64,000 bases of DNA from an uncultured delta proteobacterium (lineage in GTDB: Bacteria > Desulfobacterota > Syntrophorhabdia > Syntrophorhabdales > WCHB1-27): contig CAWEPK010000008.1 in the NCBI GenBank assembly GCA_963810935.1, positions 96,001 to 160,000 of the forward strand, given 5' to 3'. The position numbers were made by a program, and so were the translations under genes. The notes below the pieces were generated by a model. That model was not told the origin of the DNA, ran no database searches, and worked only from the letters and a program-made list of their open reading frames with translations. Positions within the stretch are counted from its first letter, which is position 1. Each line of letters opens with the position of its first letter. This document shows positions 28,231-38,453 of the stretch, one piece after another.

Positions 28231-30501
28231 CTATTTTCCGGCGCCCGAAAGCGTTACGTTAACCGTCGGGGTCGCCGGGTCGTTCGATGATACCGACAGG
28301 GTCGCGCGCCGCGTGCCTGTCTGTTTGGGGTTGAACGTCATGTTGATATTGCACGACTTGGCAGATGTAAGTGTCGAGCAACTGCTCGACCAGTTGAAAT
28401 CCCCGGGGTTCGTACCGCCGATCGATATGGGGCCGACGGTCAGCGTGCCTACACCCGTATTGGCGACCCTCACAAGCCCCGACGTGGACTTGCCTACGCC
28501 CACCTGTCCGAAGTTGATGGACGCCGGCGATACGGAGACCTTCGGCGGCTGCCCGGCCTGGCTGACTGAGAACGTTTGCCCGGCTGCCGTGATGGAGCCC
28601 GACCTGCTGCTTGCGCCGGTGTTGGCCGTTACGCTGTACTTGACAGTGCCGGACCCGCCCCCGCTTGCCCCGGATGTTATCCTGATCCATGAATCGTTGC
28701 TGGCCGCCGTCCACGTGCAGCCGGTTTGAGTAGTCACCGAAAGGCTGCCCGTGCCGGCCTGCGCCGTGAACGAGGCGCCGTTCGGCGAGATCGAGTACGT
28801 GCAGGCCGGCGAGACATACTGGTAAGGGCCTATGTCCCAGGGGCCTGCCGTGGGGCGGGTATTGCCGTCCCGGTCTTTATATATCTCCGGTATGAGTGAG
28901 TTGTTTATGACTACGGCCTGGCCTATAAGGCTGCTGGCGGAGGTCAGGTGGTAGTCGGGTGTCGCAGGGTTTACGAACTCTGCGTACCTGTTATCTACGC
29001 TGCAAACCGAATGGGCATCCTGCCCGTGATTTTTATACCAGGTCCTTGTCGTCGAGCCGGGCGCGCTGGTCGAGTCGTAGAAGTATACGTCATATACATC
29101 AGCGCCGTCCCAGGCTGCGCACGTGTTATAGGTAATCTGCCCACCGGGCTCAAGCTGCTCGAAGTCGTTATAATCGGACGTCAGCGCAAGACCCTCAGTG
29201 TGCTGGGTCCACAGGTCCCAGGGATAGGTTGTATTAGCGTTTGCCCTGCTGTTGCCGTATAAGATGGTGTTCCTCAGATCGACTACGGTCTGCCTGTTCG
29301 TGTAGGCCGGGGCATCGATGTAAACGCCCCACGTGTTCCCCGTCGTCAGGCAGTTGTAGATCGACGTGGTTGCGCCGTTGTAGATGTAGAAGCCTATGCC
29401 GTTTGTCCTGGCGAAGGAGTTGATGTACCAATACCTGATCGTGCCCGCGATGTCGCCCACGTGCGACGCGTACCCGTTCGAGTTGTTATAGGAATCGCAG
29501 TTCACGTACTTGATCATGTCGGTGAGAACTGATGCCGGGCTGCCTACTACGCCCACGTCGAAGCCGTTGCCCTTGTTGTCGTGCGATGTGCAGCCCGTAT
29601 ACGTAACGTTTGTGCTGTTCGTGAGCCAGAAGCCGATCCACGTGTTCGTGTAGCCGGTGCTGGTGCCCGCCACGTCGCCGTTATTGTACGACTGGCAGTT
29701 GATTACCTGCCCGTTGGAGCACCCGTAGGTGTTGTCCCCTATCATGAAGCCGCTGGACAGGCTGCCGTTCTGGTGGTTCCCGTCTATCTCGATGTTCTGG
29801 AAAGTAAATGAATCGTTGCACTGCACGTTCACGTTGAACTCGACGTTATTGAAAAGCTTCATGTTCCTGACAACAAGGCCCTCCATCTTCGTGCTCTCGC
29901 TATCGCCCGTTGCCTGGAAGCCCCTCGATTTCGAATTCTGGATCACGAACCCGCCCGCCTTCACTCCGTCCACCACTATGTAATCACGCTTCCACACGAA
30001 GAACATGGGGTCGTAGTTGGCCAGGGTCTGGTTGGCGCCGTCGAATATTACCGGGCCGCCCGTCCCCCATGATGACGTATCTACTGTAATCGTTATCGGG
30101 GCCGAGGACGTACCCTGTGCGTACCAATCGGAGCTTACGACGAGCTTGTTCGTGATCGTCGTGCCCGATTTTACCTTGATGACGTCTCCGGCCTTGATTG
30201 TCGTCCAGCCCGTCGCGGTGAGGTAGCCGCTGTTGTCGTTGCTGTACGAGCCTGGTATGTGCTGCCACGCCTGTGCCTGTGAGGTGCCAAGGTTGGCGTC
30301 GGAGCCGGAGACGGGATCGACGTAGTAAGTGGGGTCGCCCTCCCTGCCGCCTTGGCCCCCTGACTGCTGGGTGCTGCTTCCGCTTGCCGTGGCGGTGTCC
30401 GCATACCCCGTCGCCGCGCAAGCTATGCGTAGGCCCGAAACAAGGGACAGGACCGCAAGCACGGCCCATAGAAGCACGATGGTTCCGTTTTTAGGACGCA
30501 T
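28231..30501 (-). CDS. Large secreted protein: right-handed beta-helix + BACON + Ig-like (choice-of-anchor D) domains
   Basis: Signal peptide; TYYVDPVSGSDAN; Asn/Gly-rich beta-helix repeats; DYHLTSASS...DIGPYQ; CTWTAASNDSWIRI; C-terminal VANTG...FNPKQTG..SNDP. Confidence 0.8.
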   Translation of the reverse strand: MRPKNGTIVLLWAVLAVLSLVSGLRIACAATGYADTATASGSSTQQSGGQGGREGDPTYYVDPVSGSDANLGTSQAQAWQHIPGSYSNDNSGYLTATGWTTIKAGDVIKVKSGTTITNKLVVSSDWYAQGTSSAPITITVDTSSWGTGGPVIFDGANQTLANYDPMFFVWKRDYIVVDGVKAGGFVIQNSKSRGFQATGDSESTKMEGLVVRNMKLFNNVEFNVNVQCNDSFTFQNIEIDGNHQNGSLSSGFMIGDNTYGCSNGQVINCQSYNNGDVAGTSTGYTNTWIGFWLTNSTNVTYTGCTSHDNKGNGFDVGVVGSPASVLTDMIKYVNCDSYNNSNGYASHVGDIAGTIRYWYINSFARTNGIGFYIYNGATTSIYNCLTTGNTWGVYIDAPAYTNRQTVVDLRNTILYGNSRANANTTYPWDLWTQHTEGLALTSDYNDFEQLEPGGQITYNTCAAWDGADVYDVYFYDSTSAPGSTTRTWYKNHGQDAHSVCSVDNRYAEFVNPATPDYHLTSASSLIGQAVVINNSLIPEIYKDRDGNTRPTAGPWDIGPYQYVSPACTYSISPNGASFTAQAGTGSLSVTTQTGCTWTAASNDSWIRITSGASGGGSGTVKYSVTANTGASSRSGSITAAGQTFSVSQAGQPPKVSVSPASINFGQVGVGKSTSGLVRVANTGVGTLTVGPISIGGTNPGDFNWSSSCSTLTSAKSCNINMTFNPKQTGTRRATLSVSSNDPATPTVNVTLSGAGK

Positions 30502-30665
30502 GGCGCCTCCTCGTCTTATTCGCGAATAAAGAGTGTCGGAAGGGTAAATTCCCCTGCCGCCGGTTGCCCTCGATGCCGGATGACGGGCGGTCCTTAGGGA
30601 GGCGCGTTGAAGCTGTTCACATGAAGGGGCGACCGAAGCGCCCGGAGGGATGCCCTAAAAATAAC

Positions 30666-30692
30666 AATGCGTACGGGACGCATTTTTGTCAA
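30666..30692 (-). promoter_or_regulatory. TTGACA -35 box with a palindromic operator in the spacer
   Basis: Minus strand TTGACA followed by AATGCGT-cccgt-ACGCATT, a perfect 7-bp inverted repeat, upstream of the secreted protein. Confidence 0.5.
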
Positions 30693-30780
30693 CCAGCGGG
30701 CGCTGCGGAAAGGCCCGGGCTAACGTTTGGCAGGAGATGGATCTTTAAAAAAGCGAAGAGGGGAGGGGACCAAAAAAAAG

Positions 30781-31142
<362 letters not shown>

Positions 31143-31530
31143 GCAGCCGCATCTTTCGCAAGCTTGTCCGCAATCCTGTTTCCTTCTCTCGGGATATATT
31201 TTACCGAAAAATGGGAGAGTTTCCTGATGAGGCGGTGCGCCTCCTCCAGGTAAACCTTGAGCCTTTCGTTCTTGATCTTGTATTTGCCGAGTACCTGGTT
31301 TGCCACAAGCTGCGAATCGGTATATACATGGACGGGCAGGGTATTGCTGTCTTCGACTTTGCGCAGGGCGCGGACAAGCGCCTCGTACTCGGCCATGTTG
31401 TTCGTCATCGTGCCGAGGTGGACGCTCTCCCTCCATACCTCGTTGTTCTCTTCATCGAAGGCAACTATACCTGCGCCGGACAGGCCGGGGTTCCCCAGCG
31501 AGGCCCCATCGATGTAGATGTGCCACTCCC

Positions 31531-32241
31531 TCATTCGTCTTCCTGGAAGTAGAAGATCCTGTTGCAGCTCGGGCACGTGATGATCCTGCTGTTCTTCATG
31601 ACCTCTATGAACAACTGCGGCGGGATATTCATGTAGCACCCCAGGCAGGTGCCGTGCTTTACATTGACAACGGCGATGCCGGCCCTCTTCTCGATCAGCA
31701 CGTTGTATCGCTCTTTGATCTCGTCGTTTATGTCGACCAGCAGCCTCTCACGCTCGCCCCGGAGCTTTTCGATTATGGCGTCGGCCGCCTTGATCTCTTT
31801 CTCGAGTTCACCGACCTCCTGGGCAACCTCCTGCTCCCTTTTTGTCAGCTCTTTCTGGGAGGACTGGCTGTCCTTCTTCAGCTCCTCTATCCGTTCCATG
31901 AGGAGTATTATGTCTTCTTCCGTCTTGTCGTTGGCCGTCCTTGCCGCCTCGATCTCCTTGAGGATCGCCTGGTATTCCTTGTTGGTCTTCACTTCGTGGA
32001 GCTTCGCTTCGACCTTCTTGACCTGCGCCTTTTCGGCTTCGAGCTCGATCTCTTTCTTCCTTCTTTCCTTTTCGAGCTCCTCCACGATCTCTTTCTCTTT
32101 GGCGATCTTCTCCCTGGTCCGGGTCAACTCGGTCTGCATCTCCTCAATCCGCTGCGGTCCGATGGCCCTCTTCTTCTCGTTCTCGATGATCTTGGTGTCG
32201 ATTTTCTGCACCTGGCAGAGGGTTTCTAATTCTTCGTTCAA
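31531..32241 (-). CDS. Coiled-coil protein with a C4 zinc ribbon (DUF164/CT398-like)
   Basis: Long coiled coil, TNKEYQA, CLGC...CPSCNRI; TTG start after GGGAGG. Confidence 0.88.
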   Translation of the reverse strand: MNEELETLCQVQKIDTKIIENEKKRAIGPQRIEEMQTELTRTREKIAKEKEIVEELEKERRKKEIELEAEKAQVKKVEAKLHEVKTNKEYQAILKEIEAARTANDKTEEDIILLMERIEELKKDSQSSQKELTKREQEVAQEVGELEKEIKAADAIIEKLRGERERLLVDINDEIKERYNVLIEKRAGIAVVNVKHGTCLGCYMNIPPQLFIEVMKNSRIITCPSCNRIFYFQEDE

Positions 32242-32262
32242 TGTACTCCCTCCCAGAAATTT

Positions 32263-32293
32263 AAAAGGGGTGGCATTTCTGCTCACCCCTTTT
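32263..32293 (-). terminator. Terminator-like hairpin between the tRNA and the Zn-ribbon gene
   Basis: AAAAGGGGTG.GCA-TTTC-TGC.CACCCCTTTT with T runs on both strands. Confidence 0.6.
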
Positions 32294-32347
32294 TGGCACT
32301 GCTATATAAGTATCGTTAGAATCTTTACCATTCACGAGTCTCTTTTT

Positions 32348-32420
32348 TGGGCCCACCTGGCCTCGAACCAGGGGCCTACCGGTTATGAGCCGGTGGCTCT
32401 ACCAACTGAGCTATGGGCCC
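32348..32420 (-). tRNA. tRNA with CAT anticodon, most likely tRNA-Ile2 (lysidine); CCA not encoded
   Basis: GGGCCCATAGCTCAGTTGGTAGAGCCACCGGCT-CAT-AACCGGTAGGCCCCTGGTTCGAGGCCAGGTGGGCCCA; paired G1-C72 and no three-GC anticodon stem argue against initiator tRNA. Confidence 0.92.
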
Positions 32421-32665
32421 GTCTGTCGTATAGACTAACCGATTGATCGGCCTCTTGTCAAGGGAATAACCCCGCCCGCGCATCCGTAGGATGCATATAA
32501 AATGTGTGTGGTTTCATACAGCTTTTTACGCCACGGCGGTGGTGTTGACTGTATACGTTCCGCACGGCGCCGGATAGGCGCGCCGCTGCTTTGGCATTGA
32601 TAAAATAGCCCCGTCTGATAGAATAATTATCGGCAGGCGAAAAAATATATGCATAATATAATCCG

Positions 32666-33472
32666 ATGAGCGAAGCACCCTTCCATCCGGTCGCAGACGT
32701 GTTGTTTTTCGCCCTGGGGACCATCGTGGGCAGCTTCCTTAACGTCTGCATTCATCGCATACCGAGGGAGGCGTCCATCGTGCACCCGGGCTCCAGGTGC
32801 CCTGCCTGCGAGGCGCCCATAGCCCCTTACGATAACGTGCCCCTCGTCAGCTACCTGATGCTGAAGGGACGCTGCAGGAAGTGCGGCCGGCCGATATCGG
32901 CCCGCTACCCCCTCGTGGAGCTGTTAACCGGCGGGATATTCCTGCTTTGCTTCCGGGTCGCCGGCATTTCCGTCGAGCTGCCCGCCCTGCTTGCCTTCTC
33001 GTGCCTTCTGGTCGTAATATCATTCATCGATATCGATTTCCGGATAATCCCGTACCGGCTGAGCTTGGGCGGCCTCGGCCTCGGCCTCGCGTTTTCGCCT
33101 CTGAGGCCCTCTCTGGGCTTCGTGCATGCAGTTGTAGGGGCGCTCCTCGGCTGCGGCCTCATTTACGCGATCAAGAAATCGTACGAGCTTTTGCGGAAAG
33201 GGGAGGGCATGGGGGGCGGAGATATATGGCTCCTCGGCATGATCGGCGCCTTTTGCGGGATGAAGGGTGTCTTATTCTCCCTCGTCGGCGGCTCGGTCAT
33301 AGGGTGTCTGGTCGGCATCCCTATGATGCTTGCCGAAGGGGAAGGGATAAAGTACGCGATCCCTTTCGGTCCCTTTCTCTCCGCCGGGGCATTTCTTTAC
33401 GCAGTTGCGGGTGACGCTCTTATAGCGCGGTTCTATGCATTGATCGACCTGCTGGCAGGTCTTATGAGATAA
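32666..33472 (+). CDS. pilD: Prepilin peptidase / N-methyltransferase
   Basis: GSFLNVCIHRIP, SRCPAC, GRCRKC, FIDID, GMGGGD, IPFGPFL. Confidence 0.93.
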   Translation: MSEAPFHPVADVLFFALGTIVGSFLNVCIHRIPREASIVHPGSRCPACEAPIAPYDNVPLVSYLMLKGRCRKCGRPISARYPLVELLTGGIFLLCFRVAGISVELPALLAFSCLLVVISFIDIDFRIIPYRLSLGGLGLGLAFSPLRPSLGFVHAVVGALLGCGLIYAIKKSYELLRKGEGMGGGDIWLLGMIGAFCGMKGVLFSLVGGSVIGCLVGIPMMLAEGEGIKYAIPFGPFLSAGAFLYAVAGDALIARFYALIDLLAGLMR

Positions 33473-33499
33473 TGATACAGCTTTTGCAGGAGCGAGCAG

Positions 33500-34519
33500 A
33501 TGATTGAGTTCAAAAGACTGATTGAGTCGAGCACGTACCTTGATCCTTTCCACGATTTCGAGCCCTTCGAGGCCAAATCGGAGATCCGTTGGGACCCGTT
33601 GACCGGTCTGACGGCGCGCTTAATGAATTTTCCGCCCAGGAGGATGCCGCGCTTCGACGTCGGGCCCCTGGTCAGTGCGTCGATCGCGGCGAAATGTCCG
33701 TTTTGTGAGGAAAACGCTTCCACGATGACTGCGCGCCTCAACCCGGCGATGTACGGCAGCGAGCAGCTCGTTGACGGCGAGGTGCGGATCATACCGAACC
33801 TGCTGGCCTTCGGCAAGTATTCCCTGGTCGCCATTATGTGTAAGGAGCATTACGTCGATATGGCGACGCTCGCCGCAAAGGGGTGCGTGGTCAGCGCCAT
33901 AGAAGCGCTCCTCCGAGCCTTCAGGACCGTGCGGGAGAAGGACCCCGCCGCCCGGTATTTATCGGTTAACTGCAACTACATGCCCATGTCGGGCGGAAGC
34001 CTCGTGCACCCGCACGTGCAGGGAATAGCCGGCGAGCACGCGACTAATTACCAGAGGCTGATGATAAAGAGAAGCGCCGGGTTCGCGGCAGCGCAAAAAA
34101 CGGTCTATTGGGAGGCCCTGGAAGAAGAGGAGACACGTCTGGGTGAGAGGGCTATAGGAAGGAGCGGCTCGGTTTTCTGGTACGCGCCTTTCGCGCCGAA
34201 AGCTAATATGGATATCGGCTGCGTTTTTCGGGAGCCTTCGCTCTTGGCCCTCGGCGGCCAGGACTGGGCGGACTTCGGCCAAGGGTTCAACAAGGTGCTG
34301 GCCTACCTGGACGGCGAGAACATCGGCGGCTTCAACCTCTCGGTATTCTCGGCGCCCGAGGGAGAGGACCATTTCCGCGTGAACGGGCGCATCGTCGCCA
34401 GGCGGTTCCTGCCGCCCGTCAATGCGTCGGATGTCAGTTATTTCGAGAAGCTGCACATGGAGAGTGCCTGCATGGTGACCCCTGAAAGTGTTGCCGCCGG
34501 TTTGAGGGCGATATGGTAA
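33500..34519 (+). CDS. GalT/HIT-like nucleotidyltransferase
   Basis: EIRWDPLTG, CPFC, IIPNL, GGSLVHPHVQ (HxHxQ). Confidence 0.75.
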   Translation: MIEFKRLIESSTYLDPFHDFEPFEAKSEIRWDPLTGLTARLMNFPPRRMPRFDVGPLVSASIAAKCPFCEENASTMTARLNPAMYGSEQLVDGEVRIIPNLLAFGKYSLVAIMCKEHYVDMATLAAKGCVVSAIEALLRAFRTVREKDPAARYLSVNCNYMPMSGGSLVHPHVQGIAGEHATNYQRLMIKRSAGFAAAQKTVYWEALEEEETRLGERAIGRSGSVFWYAPFAPKANMDIGCVFREPSLLALGGQDWADFGQGFNKVLAYLDGENIGGFNLSVFSAPEGEDHFRVNGRIVARRFLPPVNASDVSYFEKLHMESACMVTPESVAAGLRAIW

Positions 34520-34547
34520 GCCTGTCCGGCCCGGAGATTATACCTTA

Positions 34548-35303
34548 ATGGCTACTGAGCGGCTCGCGAAGTTTCTGGCCCAGGCAGGCGTTGCGTCACG
34601 GCGGAAGTCGGAAGACATCGTCAGGTCCGGCAGAGTGAAGGTGAACAGGGTCGTGGTGACGGACCCGGCCCATCCGGTCAATCCCGAAGTCCATGTCGTG
34701 TGGCTGGACAACGAGCCTGTCAGCTCCTCGGCAAAGCGCCGTTACGTCCTTTTATATAAGCCCGCCGGCTATCTCTCGGACCTCGCCGACAGTGGAGGCA
34801 AAAAAAGGCTCCTCGCGCGGAGCCTGATAATGCTGCCTGGGTCGCTCTTTCCCGTGGGAAGGCTCGACTACGCCTCCGAAGGCCTCATGATCTTCACGGA
34901 TGACGGCGATTTCGCGAACCATATCATGCACCCTCGATACAACGTTGAGAAGGAATATCAGGTGAAGCTCTCGGGCGTTCTTACGCCCGAAGAAATAAAG
35001 CGGGCTGTTTCCGGCCTTCGGGTAGACCGCGTAATCTACGCAGTCAAGGCGATTACGCCGTTTAAAAAGGCCGAAAAGAACACGTGGTACAGGATTGTCG
35101 TGGGGCAAGGGAAATACCACCATATCAGAAAACTCGCAGAAGGGCTCGCACACTATGTGCTGCGGCTCCGCCGGGTCCGCATCGGCCCCGTCACGCTCTC
35201 AGAGCTAAAGCCTGGTGAGTGGCGCTTCCTGAAGCCCGATGAGGTACGCAAGCTGGTGTCTGAGAAGGCCCAATCGCGCAGCTCAGCCGCCCGTAGTACA
35301 TAA
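34548..35303 (+). CDS. rRNA pseudouridine synthase (RluB/RsuA family, S4 domain)
   Basis: ERLAKFLAQAGVASRR, FPVGRLD..SEGL. Confidence 0.9.
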   Translation: MATERLAKFLAQAGVASRRKSEDIVRSGRVKVNRVVVTDPAHPVNPEVHVVWLDNEPVSSSAKRRYVLLYKPAGYLSDLADSGGKKRLLARSLIMLPGSLFPVGRLDYASEGLMIFTDDGDFANHIMHPRYNVEKEYQVKLSGVLTPEEIKRAVSGLRVDRVIYAVKAITPFKKAEKNTWYRIVVGQGKYHHIRKLAEGLAHYVLRLRRVRIGPVTLSELKPGEWRFLKPDEVRKLVSEKAQSRSSAARST

Positions 35304-35411
35304 GTCCTATCTGCCACGGAGCGCCATGGTAAGAGAACTTGCTTCTTCATTTCGTTGCACGCGCAATTTTGATTGACAGCCTTAAAGACTTTTAATAACA
35401 TAATGCATCGC

Positions 35412-35690
35412 ATGGAAGATAAACGTTACAACAAGTGGGCCGATATCCTTAAGACCATCGGCCATCCGGTAAGGATCAGGATCATCGAGAAGCTGCTCGG
35501 GAAGGATATGTCCGTCAGCACGATCTGGGGGAGCCTCGAACTCCCGCAGTCTACCGTGTCGCAGCACCTGTCTCTCTTGCGGACGAAGGGGATAGTGCAA
35601 AACGAACGGTTCGGATCGACAGTCAAGTACTCAATAACGGACCGGAAGATCGAGGAAATCATCAAATTGATCAAAGGTGGTCCAAGTTAA
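35412..35690 (+). CDS. ArsR/SmtB family transcriptional regulator
   Basis: LKTIGHPVRIRI, QSTVSQHLSLLR..GIV; the TTG at 35373 is more likely part of a TTGACA -35 box than a start codon. Confidence 0.88.
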   Translation: MEDKRYNKWADILKTIGHPVRIRIIEKLLGKDMSVSTIWGSLELPQSTVSQHLSLLRTKGIVQNERFGSTVKYSITDRKIEEIIKLIKGGPS

Positions 35691-35781
35691 CATAATATCT
35701 CTTATCAGAACCATTCAATATGACACCCGCCGGGACGAAGGCTAAAGAACATTATCCTTCCCCGGCCTTAGAAGGCGACAG

Positions 35782-36084
35782 TTGACTACGTCCCCTCCCA
35801 AAGAGCAGTCTGTAAGCGCCCCGGATATTAACCGCCTCTATAAGCAGGTCGAGGGGAAGCTGGAGAATATTGTCGAGAAGCTCCTCATATCGAAGGTGAA
35901 CGACAAGGATAATATATTGCAGAACGTGCAGACGATGATGGAGCGGATCTTCATCACGGCGGCAATGAAAATGACGGACGACAACGTAGTCCGTGCCGCC
36001 CGCCTTTTAGGCATAAACAGAAATACCCTGAGCAAAAAACTCAGGGAGATGAAAGAACAGTCTGACCGAGATAACGGACGATAA
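35782..36084 (+). CDS. Standalone Fis-type HTH protein
   Basis: C-terminal MERIFI..AM...DNVVRAARLLGINRNTLSKKL. Confidence 0.8.
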   Translation: MTTSPPKEQSVSAPDINRLYKQVEGKLENIVEKLLISKVNDKDNILQNVQTMMERIFITAAMKMTDDNVVRAARLLGINRNTLSKKLREMKEQSDRDNGR

Positions 36085-37123
36085 GGTCCCCGACCTCCCG
36101 CGTACCCATACCCATCTTGCCAGCATCGACCGACTTGAGATCGTTTTTCAGGGCCTTGGCAACAGCCGCCTCTACGGCGTCTGCGGCGTCCGACTCCCCG
36201 AGGTAGTCGAGCATCATGCCTGCCGCAAAGATCGCGGCGATGGGGTTTATCACGTTGAGGCCCGTATATTTCGGGGCCGAGCCGCCTATAGGCTCGAACA
36301 TGGAGACGCCGGCAGGGTTGATGTTCCCTCCGCAGGCAATGCCAAGCCCGCCCTGCACCATAGCACCCAGGTCCGTTATAATGTCGCCGAACAGGTTGTC
36401 CGTCACGATTACGTCGAACCATTCCGGGTTCTTCACCATCCACATAACCGTCGCGTCAACGTGCGCATAGTCCGTTTTTATATCCGGGTATTCCTTCGCC
36501 ACTTCGTAAAAAGCACGCTCCCAGAGGTTGAACGCATACGTGAGGACGTTCGTCTTACCGCACAGGGTCACCTTTTTCCCTTTGTTGCGCTTTCTTGCGA
36601 GGTCGAAGGCGAAGCGGATGCACCTCTCGACGCCCTTACGCGTATTGATCGACTCCTGTACTGCCACCTCGTCGGGCGTGCCTTTTTTGAGCACGCCGCC
36701 GGCCCCGCTGTAAAGTCCTTCCGTGTTCTCGCGGACAACGACGAAATCTATGTCTGCCGGTCCCTTGTCTTTGAGCGGCGACTCGACGCCCTCGTACAGC
36801 TTTACGGGCCGCAGGTTGATATACTGGTCCATGTCGAACCGTATCTGCAATAATATCTGCTTCTCCAGGATACCGGGCGCGACGTCCGGGTGGCCTATGG
36901 CCCCTAGAAACAAGGCCTGCTGTGTTTTCAGGTCGGCAACGGCGCCGGCGGGCAGGGTATCCCCGGTCTTCAGGTAACGCTCGCCTCCGAGGTCGTAATA
37001 CTTGTATTTCAGCGCGAAGCCGAACTTACGCGCTACTGCGTCGAGCACCTTGATCCCTTCGGCTACGACCTCCGGCCCTGTCCCGTCGCCCGGTATTACT
37101 CCTACCCTGTATTCTTTCGCCAT
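36041..37123 (-). CDS. leuB: 3-isopropylmalate dehydrogenase (beta-decarboxylating dehydrogenase family)
   Basis: IPGDGTGPEV, NLRP, VRENTEGLY, NLFGDIITD, FEPIGGSAP. Confidence 0.85.
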   Translation of the reverse strand: MAKEYRVGVIPGDGTGPEVVAEGIKVLDAVARKFGFALKYKYYDLGGERYLKTGDTLPAGAVADLKTQQALFLGAIGHPDVAPGILEKQILLQIRFDMDQYINLRPVKLYEGVESPLKDKGPADIDFVVVRENTEGLYSGAGGVLKKGTPDEVAVQESINTRKGVERCIRFAFDLARKRNKGKKVTLCGKTNVLTYAFNLWERAFYEVAKEYPDIKTDYAHVDATVMWMVKNPEWFDVIVTDNLFGDIITDLGAMVQGGLGIACGGNINPAGVSMFEPIGGSAPKYTGLNVINPIAAIFAAGMMLDYLGESDAADAVEAAVAKALKNDLKSVDAGKMGMGTREVGDLIVRYLGQTVLSSP

Positions 37124-37161
37124 TATCCTCTCCTTGCAGTTATTTCTGTAATGCCGAGCGG

Positions 37162-38439
37162 TTACACCTTACCGAGCGCCTTTTTACCGATATCCTTCCG
37201 GTACTGCATCCCCTCGAAGCGGATACAGGAGACGGCCCCATAGGCCCGATCTATTGCGTCTGCGTAGTTGTCGCCGAGGGCAGTCACACCGAGCACCCGG
37301 CCGCCGGACGTATAATAATCATTGCCTTTGCGCGTTGTCCCCGCGTGGAAGACGAAAACGTCTTTTTGGCCATCCACGTCGGCCAATCCGTTGATAAGCT
37401 TGCCCTTTTCGGGCTTTTCCGGGTAGCCGCCGGAGGCCATCACAACGCACACGGCAACGCCCTTCTTCCACGTCATGGGCGCCGCTTTCGTGAGGTCGCC
37501 TTCCGCGCAGGCGGCCACGACAGGCAGCAGGTCGCTCTCCATCCTGAATAATATCGGCTGCGTCTCCGGGTCGCCGAATCGCGCGTTGAATTCGAGGACG
37601 CCGGGTTTTCCGTCCCCCAGCATGAGGCCCGCATAAAGGACGCCTTTGTACGGTATGCCCTCAGCCTTCAGGCCGTCCACCGTCTTTTTCATTACGGACG
37701 TGTCTATCCGGGCCGCCAGGTCCGCGCTTACGAAAGGCACCGGCGTATATGCCCCCATGCCGCCCGTGTTAGGCCCCTTGTCGCCGTCCATGAGCGCCTT
37801 GTGGTCCTGGGAGGGCGGCAAGGCTACGACGGAGGTACCGTCGCACAGCGCAAGATAAGATGCTTCGATGCCGGGCAGGAAGCCCTCGACGATCACCCTG
37901 TCGCCGGCCTCGCCGTGGATGCGGTCGATAAAAAGCTCTTTCAGGGCCTTCTCCGCTTCTTCGGCGCTGTCGATCACGTAGGCGCCCTTCCCTGCGCAAA
38001 TCCCGTCCGCCTTGATTACATAGGGCGGGGAAAGGTTTTTGATGTGGGCATGCACCGCCTCGTACGACGTGAAAACCTTGAACGCAGCGGTCGGTATCCC
38101 GTATTTCTCCATGAGCCTTTTCGAAAATACCTTGCTCGTCTCGATGCGCGACGCGGCCTGGCACGGGCCGAAGATGGGTACGCCCGCAGCCTCGAAGACG
38201 TCAACGACACCGGCTGCCAGGGCGGCTTCCGGTCCGACGACAGCAAGGTCTATGCGCTCCTTACGCGCAAATGCGAGAAGCCCCGGCGCATCGGTCACCG
38301 CGGTATCGACTACTGCGGCGATGCTCGAGATCCCCCCGTTGCCGGGGGCGCAGAAAATCTCGCTTACCTTTGGAGACTGTGAGAGCTTCCAGACAAGGGC
38401 ATGCTCCCTGCCCCCGCTGCCTATCACGAGTATCCGCAT
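37162..38439 (-). CDS. purD: Phosphoribosylamine--glycine ligase
   Basis: GSGGREHAL, GPNTGGMG, EFNARFGDPETQ, GGRVL. Confidence 0.96.
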   Translation of the reverse strand: MRILVIGSGGREHALVWKLSQSPKVSEIFCAPGNGGISSIAAVVDTAVTDAPGLLAFARKERIDLAVVGPEAALAAGVVDVFEAAGVPIFGPCQAASRIETSKVFSKRLMEKYGIPTAAFKVFTSYEAVHAHIKNLSPPYVIKADGICAGKGAYVIDSAEEAEKALKELFIDRIHGEAGDRVIVEGFLPGIEASYLALCDGTSVVALPPSQDHKALMDGDKGPNTGGMGAYTPVPFVSADLAARIDTSVMKKTVDGLKAEGIPYKGVLYAGLMLGDGKPGVLEFNARFGDPETQPILFRMESDLLPVVAACAEGDLTKAAPMTWKKGVAVCVVMASGGYPEKPEKGKLINGLADVDGQKDVFVFHAGTTRKGNDYYTSGGRVLGVTALGDNYADAIDRAYGAVSCIRFEGMQYRKDIGKKALGKV

Positions 38440-38453
38440 GGCTTTCCCCTTTT

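Noticed and set aside
30502..30660. c-di-GMP (GEMM) riboswitch upstream of the secreted protein
   Set aside because: I could not find the GGCAAAC / GAAA tetraloop / GACGCAAAGC signature on the coding strand.
32348..32420. tRNA as an integration site for a genomic island
   Set aside because: No integrase and no duplicated tRNA 3' end seen, and the flanking genes are core genes.
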